This document shows, one piece after another, positions 37,071 to 46,346 of a stretch of 62,135 bases of DNA. The stretch lies in the NCBI GenBank assembly GCA_944387575.1, contig CALXFK010000091.1, positions 1 to 62,135 of the forward strand. The letters run 5' to 3'. Source of the stretch: an uncultured Clostridia bacterium (GTDB taxonomy: Bacteria; Bacillota; Clostridia; Oscillospirales; JAAYOS01). Position numbers and translations under genes: made by a program. Position 1 is the first letter of the stretch, and each line of letters begins with the position of its first letter. A model generated the notes under the pieces. It ran no database searches. It was given only the letters and a program-made list of their open reading frames with translations, and was not told the origin of the DNA.

Positions 37071-38759
37071 ATGGTTATCAAGCGTATTGCCGCAGTCGTG
37101 ATTGCGCTGATGCTGGTGCTTGGACTGTTTGCGGGGTGTAGCAATGATTCGGAAACGAATACACCAACTGCAACGCCGACCGAGACCGCGTCAGGAAATG
37201 CCGAGCAGACGCCTTCGGAAGAACCGGATGTCACGCCGGAACTCGACGGTCCGACCGATGTTGTTCTGCCGCTCGTTTCCGAACCGGTGAGCTTTGAGAT
37301 ATGGTGCGGATACGCTCCGTCGGCGGGACAGTTGGCGCTTGACGTGGCTGATACGCTCGCATATCAGGTTGCGGAGGAGCGCACAAATGTACACATTGAT
37401 TTCGTAAACCCGTCCTCCGCAGATATAAACGAGCAGTTCAATCTGTCCATTGTCTCGGGGGACTATCCGGACAGCTACCAGACGATATCCGCGCTCTGGT
37501 CGTCAGGGTTCGACTACTACATAGAAAACGAAATAATCGTAGACCTGCGCGACTACATGGAATACCTTCCGAATTACGACTATGTTCGCAGAATGGACGA
37601 GCCGACCTATCTCTCCACGATAACCGACAGCGGGAGCATACCCGGCATATTCATGCTTGCAAAGACCATGCAGTGGGCGGTACTCGGACCGATGGTGCGC
37701 GGCGACTTCCTTGAAAAGTGGGACATCGAGATGCCGGAGACTTACGACGAGCTGCACGACGTGCTCACCGTATTCAAAGACAACGGTGTGCAGGCGCCGC
37801 TACTTGCCCAGACGACCGGCTTTGATGACTGGCTGATGGTGGGATTTGACACTATGTATTCGTCTGGACATGGTGGCGTGCAGTTCCTTGTAAACGACAG
37901 CGGAGAGGTATCATTCTCTGTGCTCAACGACGGAATGCTCGAGTATGTGACGCTGATGAATCAGTGGTACAACGAGGGTCTCATTGAACAGGATTTCTAC
38001 GCGAAGGACACCGCCATAACATACGCGCAGGGGCGGGTTCAGAACAATGAAGCGGGCGTTACCAAGACGCTGTATTCGGCGCACGACATGTTCAAGCCGG
38101 GAGCGGTTGACCCGGATTTCCAGCTTATAGGTCTGAATATCCCGACAAAGAACGCGGGAGACCAGATAAACATATCGTTCGGCGCGGCGCCGATAACGCT
38201 GAACAAGGATACTCTTTCGACGATAACGGTTGACTGCGAAAATATTGAGCTGCTGCTCAGATGGCACGACTACTTCTGGACCGAGGAAGGGTCGCTTCTC
38301 GGAAACTACGGAGTAGAGGGCGTGTCGTTTGAGTACGACGAAAACGGCGAGCCTGCGTTCCTCGAGAGCATATACAGCAGTCCGGACGGGGTGAGCTTCC
38401 TTGCGAAGATGTTCGACAATGCATTCCAGCCCTATCAGGGTTACTGGTATGACTGGGAGCGCGAACTTGCCCCGAACACCTCCGCCGAGACAATGGGAAC
38501 GAAGGATGCGTGGAGCCGCAATGTGACTGCGCGCTATAACCTCCCCGCAGTAACGCTCACCGCGGAGGAGAGCACCGAGGCGTCCAGCATTCTCGGCGAC
38601 TGCTACACATACATAGACGAGATGGTTCTTAAATTCATTAGCGGTATGGTGCCTCTTACCGATTGGGATGAGTTTGAAAGTACGCTTGAGTCGCTCAACG
38701 TTGACCGCGCAATTGAAATATATCAGGCTGCATACGACCGCTATCTGACGAGAGGCTGA
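37071..38759 (+). CDS. Extracellular solute-binding lipoprotein (carbohydrate ABC type)
   Basis: Lipobox LFAGC, Thr/Pro linker, SGDYPD, PETYDEL, WYNEGLI, YGVEG. Confidence 0.88.
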   Translation: MVIKRIAAVVIALMLVLGLFAGCSNDSETNTPTATPTETASGNAEQTPSEEPDVTPELDGPTDVVLPLVSEPVSFEIWCGYAPSAGQLALDVADTLAYQVAEERTNVHIDFVNPSSADINEQFNLSIVSGDYPDSYQTISALWSSGFDYYIENEIIVDLRDYMEYLPNYDYVRRMDEPTYLSTITDSGSIPGIFMLAKTMQWAVLGPMVRGDFLEKWDIEMPETYDELHDVLTVFKDNGVQAPLLAQTTGFDDWLMVGFDTMYSSGHGGVQFLVNDSGEVSFSVLNDGMLEYVTLMNQWYNEGLIEQDFYAKDTAITYAQGRVQNNEAGVTKTLYSAHDMFKPGAVDPDFQLIGLNIPTKNAGDQINISFGAAPITLNKDTLSTITVDCENIELLLRWHDYFWTEEGSLLGNYGVEGVSFEYDENGEPAFLESIYSSPDGVSFLAKMFDNAFQPYQGYWYDWERELAPNTSAETMGTKDAWSRNVTARYNLPAVTLTAEESTEASSILGDCYTYIDEMVLKFISGMVPLTDWDEFESTLESLNVDRAIEIYQAAYDRYLTRG

Positions 38760-38874
38760 CGCGGAAGTCGGGTCATGCGAAATCAAGTAAACATGTAAAC
38801 AGGTAATCAGTGTCAATGTGATTAGTTTGATTAGTGTGGCTTTAATGACTTAAAAGATTGTCCATATATGTTTC

Positions 38875-38930
38875 GGACTTTTACCTGAAAAGTCTCGGTC
38901 TTACGGGACTGGGACTTTTCGGGTTTTACT
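38875..38930 (+). terminator. Terminator-like hairpin upstream of esterase 1 with a competing stem
   Basis: 18-bp stem 38883-900/38907-24 (3 G-U) followed by TTT; alternative stem 38875-82/38888-95. Confidence 0.6.
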
Positions 38931-38953
38931 GTCAACAGTTAGGAGAGAGTAAG

Positions 38954-40468
38954 ATGGAGAGAAAGTTTGTTTGTACTACCGATTTCCCGCTGGTCGAAAC
39001 AAAGTATGGTACTCTTCACGGGTATCAGATGGACGATATTTGTATTTTTCACGGCATTCAATATGCAAAGGCCAAGCGATTTCAGATGCCGGAAGAGCCG
39101 GATTCGTGGCAGGGTGTAAAGGATGCGCTCACATATGGACATGTGTCGCCATACAATCCGGTTGCCGGTTCGCCTGAGGTGTCGCTGCCGCTGCGCTACT
39201 GGCCAATGAATGAGAATTGCCAGTTTTTAAACATATGGACGCCCACTTTGGAGCCATCCGCTAAAAAGGCGGTGCTGTTCTGGATTCATGGTGGCGGATA
39301 TGGTGCGGGCTCATCGATGGAGCAATTGCATTTTAACGGTGAAAACCTCGCACGGTACGGGGATGTTGTTGTCGTAACGATAAACCACCGTCTGAATATT
39401 CTCGGATATATGGACGTTTCATCAATCGGAGAGGAATACTCAAATTCGGGCAATGTTGGAAATGCAGACATTGTAGCCGCGTTAAAATGGGTAAGGGACA
39501 ATATTTCGGGCTTTGGTGGAGATCCGGGCAATGTCACCGTATTCGGACAATCAGGTGGGGGCGCAAAGATTCAAAACATCATGCACGCGCCATCGGCTGA
39601 CGGGCTGTACCACAGGGCAATTATTCAAAGCGGCGTTTTTGGCGGGGAAAGCATGCTCAGTCCTTTGCGCGGAGACGGCAGGAGGTTGCTCGAATGCCTG
39701 GCCGACAGACTTTCTCTTAATGACCCGTGCGAAATAACCGGCGTGTCCTACCACGACTTATCCGGCGCATATGACTCGGTTGTCCCGCAGCTGCGCGACG
39801 AGGGTGAATATACAGGCGGGAGCCCGATTATTAACGACTGGATGACGGAACGTTTTACCGACTATGCAAAAAGCGTTCCTGTTATGGTCGGCAGCGTTTT
39901 TGCTGAATTTACCGTCAAGCGCGCGGTTGTCGGAAAGGAGCATTTGAGCCGGGAGCAGGTATATGAAATACTCAGAGAAAACCTTGGCGATAGGACCGAC
40001 GAGCTGATAAGCCTGTTTTCCGAGGCTTACCCGGAGAAAAACCCGGTTGATTTGATTGCAATGGACACATATATGCGTGCCGCTGTTATCGAGTTTGTAA
40101 GGTATTATTCTTCTGTTTCGAGTTCAGGGGTGTATTCCTATCTCTTCAACTATGAGTCGCCATATCTCGGCGGATATCCTGCGGAGCACAACGCTGAGCT
40201 ACCGTTCGTTTTCCGCAATACCGATATCGTCCCGATGTATAACGAGCCGTCAGTCACCAAAAAGCTGGAAAGCCAGGTTTCGGATGCCTGGATACGTTTT
40301 GCAAAGACCGGGAATCCCGGGTGGGAAGGGGTATCTGCCGGGCGTATTCCAACAATGGTGTTCGACCGCGAATGCGGCGTTAGAGTTGACTTCGACGAGA
40401 AACTGATAAAAGCTCTCGGCGAAGCGCTTCCGATGCCGTTTCCGGCAATGCGGTCGAAGAAAGACTGA
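38954..40468 (+). CDS. Type-B carboxylesterase (PnbA-like), cytoplasmic
   Basis: ENCQFLNIWTP, WIHGGG, NHRLNILG, FGQSGGG, AEH; no signal peptide; start at MERKF. Confidence 0.92.
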   Translation: MERKFVCTTDFPLVETKYGTLHGYQMDDICIFHGIQYAKAKRFQMPEEPDSWQGVKDALTYGHVSPYNPVAGSPEVSLPLRYWPMNENCQFLNIWTPTLEPSAKKAVLFWIHGGGYGAGSSMEQLHFNGENLARYGDVVVVTINHRLNILGYMDVSSIGEEYSNSGNVGNADIVAALKWVRDNISGFGGDPGNVTVFGQSGGGAKIQNIMHAPSADGLYHRAIIQSGVFGGESMLSPLRGDGRRLLECLADRLSLNDPCEITGVSYHDLSGAYDSVVPQLRDEGEYTGGSPIINDWMTERFTDYAKSVPVMVGSVFAEFTVKRAVVGKEHLSREQVYEILRENLGDRTDELISLFSEAYPEKNPVDLIAMDTYMRAAVIEFVRYYSSVSSSGVYSYLFNYESPYLGGYPAEHNAELPFVFRNTDIVPMYNEPSVTKKLESQVSDAWIRFAKTGNPGWEGVSAGRIPTMVFDRECGVRVDFDEKLIKALGEALPMPFPAMRSKKD

Positions 40469-40554
40469 TATTCTTCCAACATGAAACACGTTTGAATGTT
40501 CAATTGCGTCGTAAACGCGCTGTTGAGTAATCCAATCAAAAAGGAGAAAATGCG

Positions 40555-42129
40555 ATGTACATTAAGAAACTCACAGGACCGGTAGTAGCAAACCTTGATG
40601 AGCCGGTTGCGGAGACTACCTCCGGAAAGGTCCGAGGCGTAATGATAGACGGCACCTACATGTTCCGTAGTATTCGTTATGGCAGTGCCGAGCGCTTCCA
40701 CAGCCCTCGGCGCGCGGATCATTGGGAGGGGGTGGATCCCTGCATAATTTATAAGGGTGTCTGCCCGGAGCTCGATGCGCCTGTACCCAGCGACAATTTT
40801 TATGTGCCGCACATGTTTTACCGCTATGACGAGAACTGTCTTACACTCAATGTGTGGACGCGGAGCATGGACAGAAACCGTCGCAAGCCGGTCATGGTCT
40901 GGTTGCACGGAGGCGGATACAGTATGGGTTCCGCGATAGAATTGTACTCCTACGACGGCGAAAATCTCGCGGCATATGGCGACGTTGTGGTAGTGACGGT
41001 AAACCACCGCCTAAATGTGCTTGGGTACATCGACCTCTCTGCATATGGAGAGGAGTATGCGGACTCCGGTAATGCAGGTATGGAGGACATAGTAGAGGCG
41101 CTGCGTTGGATACGGGACAACATAGAGAATTTTGGCGGAGACCCGCAAAATGTTACGATATTCGGGCAGTCAGGGGGCGGCGGAAAAGTCCTGTCGCTGC
41201 TTCAGATGCCGATGGCGGATGGTCTTTATCACAAGGCGGTCATACAGAGCGGAGTGTCGGAGGGTATGGCACTCTCTGCGCTTGACCAGGATGGCGCGAG
41301 GGAACTTGCGGATATGGTGCTCAAAAATGCCGGGTTACCGCTCAGCATCGATGGTGTAAAGCAGCTTGAAAAAATACCATATCACGAGCTTGCGGCAGCG
41401 GCAAACGCAGCTATTGCCGAGGCGGCAGCGGCATCAGGCAGTTTCCGCCACTTTGCACCGGTCTGTAACCAGTTTCTTCTTGATATAGGCGATGGAAGCG
41501 GGTTCAGAAAAGAAACGTTGAACATTCCGCTGATGGTGGGTACCGTGTTTGGCGAGTTCAGTAATAACCTCGCATGCAAATATGGCGAGGGAAGCAAGAA
41601 CTGGTGGAGCGACGAGACAAAGAGTAAGCTGCTCCGAGAGAAGTTCGGCGAAGAAGCCGACAAAATTGCGGATGAGTTCAGCCGTGTATACCCCGAAAAG
41701 AACGTCGCTGATACCCTGTATATCGACACGATGTTCAGGCGTGCAACGCTTGACTTTGCGGTTCGGCGCGCAGAATTGTCTGACGCCCCGGTGTACAATT
41801 ACCTGTTTGCTTTTGAGTTTCCATTTAATAACGGTTCGATAGCCTTCCACAATTCCGAGATAGCTTACGTTTTCCACAACGCGGATTACCTCGAGGCGTA
41901 TTATAAGCCGGGTGTGACCGAGCGCTTGCAGGATCAGGTGAGCGGTGCATGGGTGAATTTCGCGTATTGTGGAAATCCGAACCACAAACTGCTGCCAAAG
42001 TGGGATGAGGTCAGCGGCAAGGATGTGCCGTGCATGATTTTCGATGAGGAGTGCAGGTGCGAAGTGAACTATGACGCACGTCTGCTGGAGCTTCTCCCTG
42101 CCGGTCAGAGGATAGTTCCGGTGAGATAG
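40555..42129 (+). CDS. Type-B carboxylesterase, second paralogue
   Basis: ENCLTLNVWT, WLHGGG, FGQSGGG, AFHNSEI. Confidence 0.92.
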   Translation: MYIKKLTGPVVANLDEPVAETTSGKVRGVMIDGTYMFRSIRYGSAERFHSPRRADHWEGVDPCIIYKGVCPELDAPVPSDNFYVPHMFYRYDENCLTLNVWTRSMDRNRRKPVMVWLHGGGYSMGSAIELYSYDGENLAAYGDVVVVTVNHRLNVLGYIDLSAYGEEYADSGNAGMEDIVEALRWIRDNIENFGGDPQNVTIFGQSGGGGKVLSLLQMPMADGLYHKAVIQSGVSEGMALSALDQDGARELADMVLKNAGLPLSIDGVKQLEKIPYHELAAAANAAIAEAAAASGSFRHFAPVCNQFLLDIGDGSGFRKETLNIPLMVGTVFGEFSNNLACKYGEGSKNWWSDETKSKLLREKFGEEADKIADEFSRVYPEKNVADTLYIDTMFRRATLDFAVRRAELSDAPVYNYLFAFEFPFNNGSIAFHNSEIAYVFHNADYLEAYYKPGVTERLQDQVSGAWVNFAYCGNPNHKLLPKWDEVSGKDVPCMIFDEECRCEVNYDARLLELLPAGQRIVPVR

Positions 42130-42136
42130 CAAAAAT

Positions 42137-42186
42137 AACAGGGGCGGGATCTTCTCCGATAGTTGGAGGGACCCCGCTCTATTTTT
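42137..42186 (+). terminator. Probable terminator after esterase 2
   Basis: Imperfect GC-rich stem (ggggcggg...cccgctct) followed by ATTTTT. Confidence 0.55.
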
Positions 42187-42317
42187 GTGCGCGTATGGGG
42201 GCGAGATATTTGTACACGCGGGTCTGCATATCCAACTGCCGGCTGCAATATACATGATGACAAAGGACACAAGAAGTTTTGAAGCCGAAAACACAGCGGC
42301 GGCAAAGGGGAAGAAGA

Positions 42318-42512
42318 ATGCAGGTAGATCTGATATTCAAGATTGCGGCGATAGGAATACTGGTGGCGGTACTTAACCTGTTACTGTCGAAGGCGGGGAG
42401 GGACGACCAGGCGCTGCTCTGCTCGATTGCAGGGCTTGTGGTTGTCCTGATGATCATTTTAAAGGAGATCAGCTCGCTTTTCGACACGGTAAAGACGCTT
42501 TTCGGGTTATGA
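42318..42512 (+). CDS. spoIIIAC: Stage III sporulation protein AC
   Basis: MQVDLIFKIAAIGILVAVLNLLLSKAGRDDQA...VKTLFGL. Confidence 0.93.
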   Translation: MQVDLIFKIAAIGILVAVLNLLLSKAGRDDQALLCSIAGLVVVLMIILKEISSLFDTVKTLFGL

Positions 42513-42520
42513 CATGAGCT

Positions 42521-42910
42521 ATGGAGTACGCGATAAGGGTCGCCGGTATCGGGCTTCTCGCTACCTTTTGCGCGCTTGCGCTAAAACGGGACACGCCAGG
42601 AGCGTCATATCTACTCGCGGCGGCTGCGGGGACGGTCATAATCGTATTGATCTCGGACATGCTCGGCAGCATTCTCGACTTCTGCCGCGAGCTCGCGGAT
42701 ATGGCGGGGGTGTCGGGGGCAGTTTTATCGCCGCTTCTGAAAACGCTGGGAATAGCGCTTGTAACACAGTTTGCGGCGGAGGCGTCGCGGGATGCAAAGG
42801 AGACCGCGATAGCGTCATACATAGAGGTCGGAGGAATGGTCGCGGCACTGTACGTGGCGCTTCCGCTTATGCGTTCGGTCGTCGAACTCGTGAGTTCGCT
42901 TGCAGGGTGA
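42521..42910 (+). CDS. spoIIIAD: Stage III sporulation protein AD
   Basis: LLKTLGIALVTQFAAEASRDAKETAIAS; position in the operon. Confidence 0.88.
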   Translation: MEYAIRVAGIGLLATFCALALKRDTPGASYLLAAAAGTVIIVLISDMLGSILDFCRELADMAGVSGAVLSPLLKTLGIALVTQFAAEASRDAKETAIASYIEVGGMVAALYVALPLMRSVVELVSSLAG

Positions 42911-44031
42911 CACTTTGCGTTCTGCTTGTGCTCTTTGCAACTGCGGGGACGTCGGCAAAGGCACAGACTGCCACCAGCGCAGACATCGACACCGACACAC
43001 TGATAGAGCAGCAGCGGGAGGAGCTTGGTCTAGATGACCTGGATATTCCGGATGAGGCGGACGAGCTCCTCGAGGGGATAGATAGCACGAACGTGACAGT
43101 GGAGGGTGGATTTTCCCGCCTGATGGGCGCGTGTGTGGGATACGTCAAGGAGTACCTGCTCCAGGGGCTCTATTCGGCGGGGGCAGTGTTTGTGATTTTA
43201 CTTCTCTGCGGTGTTGTGAGCAGTTTTGCGGAGAGAACCGGTGGGGTGGCAAATGAAATAGTGCCGGTTGCCGGAACGCTTGCAATATGCGCGGTGGTGC
43301 TCGGTGACATGAGTGGGCTTATCGGCAGCGGACGGGAGACGATGGAGGATCTGATGGCGTTTTCAAAGGGACTGATACTGTCCCTTGCCACTGCATCCGG
43401 CGTGGTTGGCGCCCCGGCGGGGGCGTCGGCGAAGTATGTAATAGTTATGACGGCGGGAGATGTCTGCATAACCCTGCTCAACAGCCTTTTCATGCCACTC
43501 CTGTATGCATATTCGGCGGCGGTGGTCGCGGATGCCGCGACCGGAGAGGAAATGCTCGGCGGGGTGGCGGCAGTAATAAAAAAAGTCTGCATATTTCTAC
43601 TTTCGGCTTTTCTGACGTTGTTTATAGCGCTTCTTGGACTGAGCGGGTTGATTTCGGGGGGCGCTGATGCAGTGACGATGAAGACTGCAAAACTCGTGAT
43701 CTCAAACGCGGTGCCGGTGGTGGGCAGCATCCTTTCAGATGCCACCGAGAGCGTGGTCGCGGCGGCGAGGATAGTGCGGAACTCCGCGGGACTTCTCGGG
43801 TTGTTTGCGGTGGCGGCGGTCTGCATTGGTCCGCTCATTCGGCTGGGGACGCGGTACCTGCTCTTCCGGGCGGCGGGAGCGGCGGCGCAGCCGGTGGCGC
43901 CGAAGAGGCTAACACAGATGGTGAGTAAGCTTGCCGACGGGTTCAGCATACTGCTCGGAATGATAGGGGCGTGTTCGCTTATGAATCTTATCTCAATAAT
44001 CGCATTTATGCGACTCACCGGTGCGTACTGA
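42907..44031 (+). CDS. spoIIIAE: Stage III sporulation protein AE
   Basis: Multi-TM protein with KTAKLVISNAVPVVGSILSDA; GTG start overlapping the AD stop is inferred. Confidence 0.85.
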   Translation: MTLCVLLVLFATAGTSAKAQTATSADIDTDTLIEQQREELGLDDLDIPDEADELLEGIDSTNVTVEGGFSRLMGACVGYVKEYLLQGLYSAGAVFVILLLCGVVSSFAERTGGVANEIVPVAGTLAICAVVLGDMSGLIGSGRETMEDLMAFSKGLILSLATASGVVGAPAGASAKYVIVMTAGDVCITLLNSLFMPLLYAYSAAVVADAATGEEMLGGVAAVIKKVCIFLLSAFLTLFIALLGLSGLISGGADAVTMKTAKLVISNAVPVVGSILSDATESVVAAARIVRNSAGLLGLFAVAAVCIGPLIRLGTRYLLFRAAGAAAQPVAPKRLTQMVSKLADGFSILLGMIGACSLMNLISIIAFMRLTGAY

Positions 44032-44039
44032 GCGGAGGA

Positions 44040-44534
44040 ATGGATGTGTTTGAATGGCTGGGAAGGTGGGTGACGTCGGTCACGGCGGCGGCGGTGATAG
44101 TGAGCTGCGCATGCGCGATAACGCACGGCGCCGCACGGCGCCAGGTAAAATTCGCGGGAGGACTACTTCTTGTGGTGGCGCTGCTCACACCGGTGGTCGC
44201 GGTGGATGTGGATGATCTGTCGTTTTATACTCAGCAATACCGTGCGGAGTATGAGAGGTACGCGGAAAAACATATTTCGACCGATACTCCGCAGATAAAG
44301 CTTATCATAGAGAGCCGTTCAGAGGCATACATATTGGAACGTGCGGCGCAGCTCGGTGTCGAGTGCAGCGTGGAGGTCGACGCGAAGCGTGCGGAGAACG
44401 GTTACCCTTACCCGTCGGAGCTCACCGGCAGGTATGCTGAGGGAACGGACGAAGAGGCGTTGACAACGCTTTGCAGGCTTGTCGAAAGTGAGCTCTGCAT
44501 CGCACAGGAAAACCAGAAATGGAGCGAGGGGTGA
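44040..44534 (+). CDS. spoIIIAF: Stage III sporulation protein AF
   Basis: Two N-terminal TM segments (VKFAGGLLLVVALLTP); position between AE and AG. Confidence 0.78.
   Translation: MDVFEWLGRWVTSVTAAAVIVSCACAITHGAARRQVKFAGGLLLVVALLTPVVAVDVDDLSFYTQQYRAEYERYAEKHISTDTPQIKLIIESRSEAYILERAAQLGVECSVEVDAKRAENGYPYPSELTGRYAEGTDEEALTTLCRLVESELCIAQENQKWSEG
44305..44334 (+). promoter_or_regulatory. Internal sigmaE-like promoter within spoIIIAF, probably for spoIIIAG-AH
   Basis: TCATAG-15-CATACAT; B. subtilis has a sigmaE promoter inside spoIIIAF. Confidence 0.55.
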
Positions 44535-45058
44535 TGATGAACGGAGGTAAAGTTTCTTTTGCGGGGATCGCGGACTACCTGAAAAAATATAAATATGCGG
44601 TGCTTATAGCGGCGGTGGGGATAGTTTTGCTGTTACTTCCCACAGGTGGCAGCGGTAGGACAGAGGAGACACCAGAACCGCACAGCTCCGAATTCTCGCT
44701 TGACAAGGAGGAGGAGAGGATAGCCAATGCGCTTTCGGCGATCGCCGGCGCGGGAAGGACACAGGTGGTGCTCACGCTGAGAGCCGGAATGCAGACCGTA
44801 TATCAGACAAACACGTCGCAGACCAGCGACCGCGACGGGGAGTATGACCGAAGTGAAGAGACTAGCGAGACCGTAATACTTTCCTCCGGATCATACGAGC
44901 AGGCGGCTGTGATACAGGAGATATATCCCATATATGAGGGCGCCCTTGTGGTATGTGAGGGCGCGGGGTCGGCGGACGTAAAATTGAATATCGTGAGTGC
45001 CGTGTCCGCTCTGACCGGTTTACCGAGCAACAGAATAACGGTTGTAAAATCAGAATAG
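44534..45058 (+). CDS. spoIIIAG: Stage III sporulation protein AG
   Basis: LSAIAGAGRTQVVLTL, EGALVVCEGAG, AVSALTGLPSNRITV. Confidence 0.9.
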   Translation: MMNGGKVSFAGIADYLKKYKYAVLIAAVGIVLLLLPTGGSGRTEETPEPHSSEFSLDKEEERIANALSAIAGAGRTQVVLTLRAGMQTVYQTNTSQTSDRDGEYDRSEETSETVILSSGSYEQAAVIQEIYPIYEGALVVCEGAGSADVKLNIVSAVSALTGLPSNRITVVKSE

Positions 45059-45077
45059 CAGAACAGGAGGAGAAAAG

Positions 45078-45704
45078 ATGAAAGCTAAGGTGTGGAAGAA
45101 AAACGCAGTTCTTGCGACGGTTATACTGTTCGTGTGCGTAGCGGTGTATCTGAATTGGCACTACGGACAGGAGACCGCCGAGGACGTGTCCGGGTCGGGG
45201 GTAACCGACGTTGCGCCGGACGATACCGAGCGGGTGGCGGCGGTGCCGCAGAAGCTCACTCCGGACGGCACCGTTACCGCGACCGAAACGCCCTCCGTTT
45301 CTCCGGAAGGTGAGGAGCAAAATTCACAGACAGCCGCAGAGGACGAAAGCGGATACTTTGCGACCGCGCGGCTCAACCGAGAGCAGGCGCGTGACGAATC
45401 GGTCGAACTGCTCCAGCAGACCGCCGCAAGCGAGGACGCCTCGCAGGAGGTCCGGGATGCTGCATACACCGAGATGAGCAAGATCGCGGATAATACGATC
45501 ACCGAGTCGCAGATAGAGGGTCTCGTGATGGCAAAGGGATTTCAGGACTGTGTTGCATACATTTCGGAAAGTGGTGTAAGCGTCATAGTCAGCTCAACTG
45601 AAACCGGGCTTGACAGCAATCAGGTCACGCAGATAAAGGACATCGTAATAAGTGAGACGGGGGTATCGGCAGCGGCTATTAAAATTTTAGAAGCGGAAGG
45701 ATGA
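45078..45704 (+). CDS. spoIIIAH: Stage III sporulation protein AH
   Basis: AVYLNW, YFATARLNREQARD, IEGLVMAKGFQDCV. Confidence 0.92.
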   Translation: MKAKVWKKNAVLATVILFVCVAVYLNWHYGQETAEDVSGSGVTDVAPDDTERVAAVPQKLTPDGTVTATETPSVSPEGEEQNSQTAAEDESGYFATARLNREQARDESVELLQQTAASEDASQEVRDAAYTEMSKIADNTITESQIEGLVMAKGFQDCVAYISESGVSVIVSSTETGLDSNQVTQIKDIVISETGVSAAAIKILEAEG

Positions 45705-45830
45705 GCTTGTGTTTCTATCCGGGTGGTGGTATAATATACATATATGGTGTGCCTGCCGGGCAGTACAGGTACCGGCGGCGGCGCGGCGGTCGTTCCGCGA
45801 TTTAACAAATCCACTTGGAGGAAGAGAAGC

Positions 45831-46199
45831 ATGTCGGATATATACAACAAATCCAGCGGTGGAAATGTCATTATTTCGGAGGACGTTATAACCTCTATTG
45901 CAACAAAAGCGGCAGAAGAGGTCGAGGGATTCGCCGGATTTACTGCGCCGTCCGGCGAGGTGAAACTCCTTCGTGGCGCGCGGACAAAGGGTGTGCGTCT
46001 CAGCGCAGAGGAGGGTGCGACCGACATAGACCTGTTCATGCGGGTCACGGACGGTTGCCGTCTTTCCGACTTTGCGGAGCAGGTCCAAAATGCGGTGGAG
46101 CAGGCGCTGGACGAGTTTACGTCGTTCAAGGCGCGATCGATAAACGTACACATAACCGGAATAGACCTACACCAGAAGAAAAAAGCAAAAGAGCAGTGA
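45831..46199 (+). CDS. Asp23/Gls24 family protein (YqhY-like)
   Basis: GNVIISEDVITSIA, KGVRL, INVHITGI; upstream of nusB. Confidence 0.88.
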   Translation: MSDIYNKSSGGNVIISEDVITSIATKAAEEVEGFAGFTAPSGEVKLLRGARTKGVRLSAEEGATDIDLFMRVTDGCRLSDFAEQVQNAVEQALDEFTSFKARSINVHITGIDLHQKKKAKEQ

Positions 46200-46346
46200 G
46201 TGACGCAGGCCGTCGTCTGGCGGCCTGCCGGACTGTTGTTTGGAGAATATTGCCGCAGAGGCTGCCGGAGCTGCGTCACGGCGGTCTGTCAGGTCGTCCC
46301 GGGAGACGACCTGCATTTTGATAAAGATAACAGAGGTATAAAACTG

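Noticed and set aside
42514-42906. Long N-terminal extension of spoIIIAE overlapping spoIIIAD
   Set aside because: An Arg/Gly-rich off-frame reading of spoIIIAD; no slippery site seen, and a GTGA coupled start at 42907 is simpler
46200-46346. In-frame 49-aa N-terminal extension of NusB
   Set aside because: The NusB N-terminus starts at 46347 with its own GAGG SD; the extension looks like translated structured non-coding DNA
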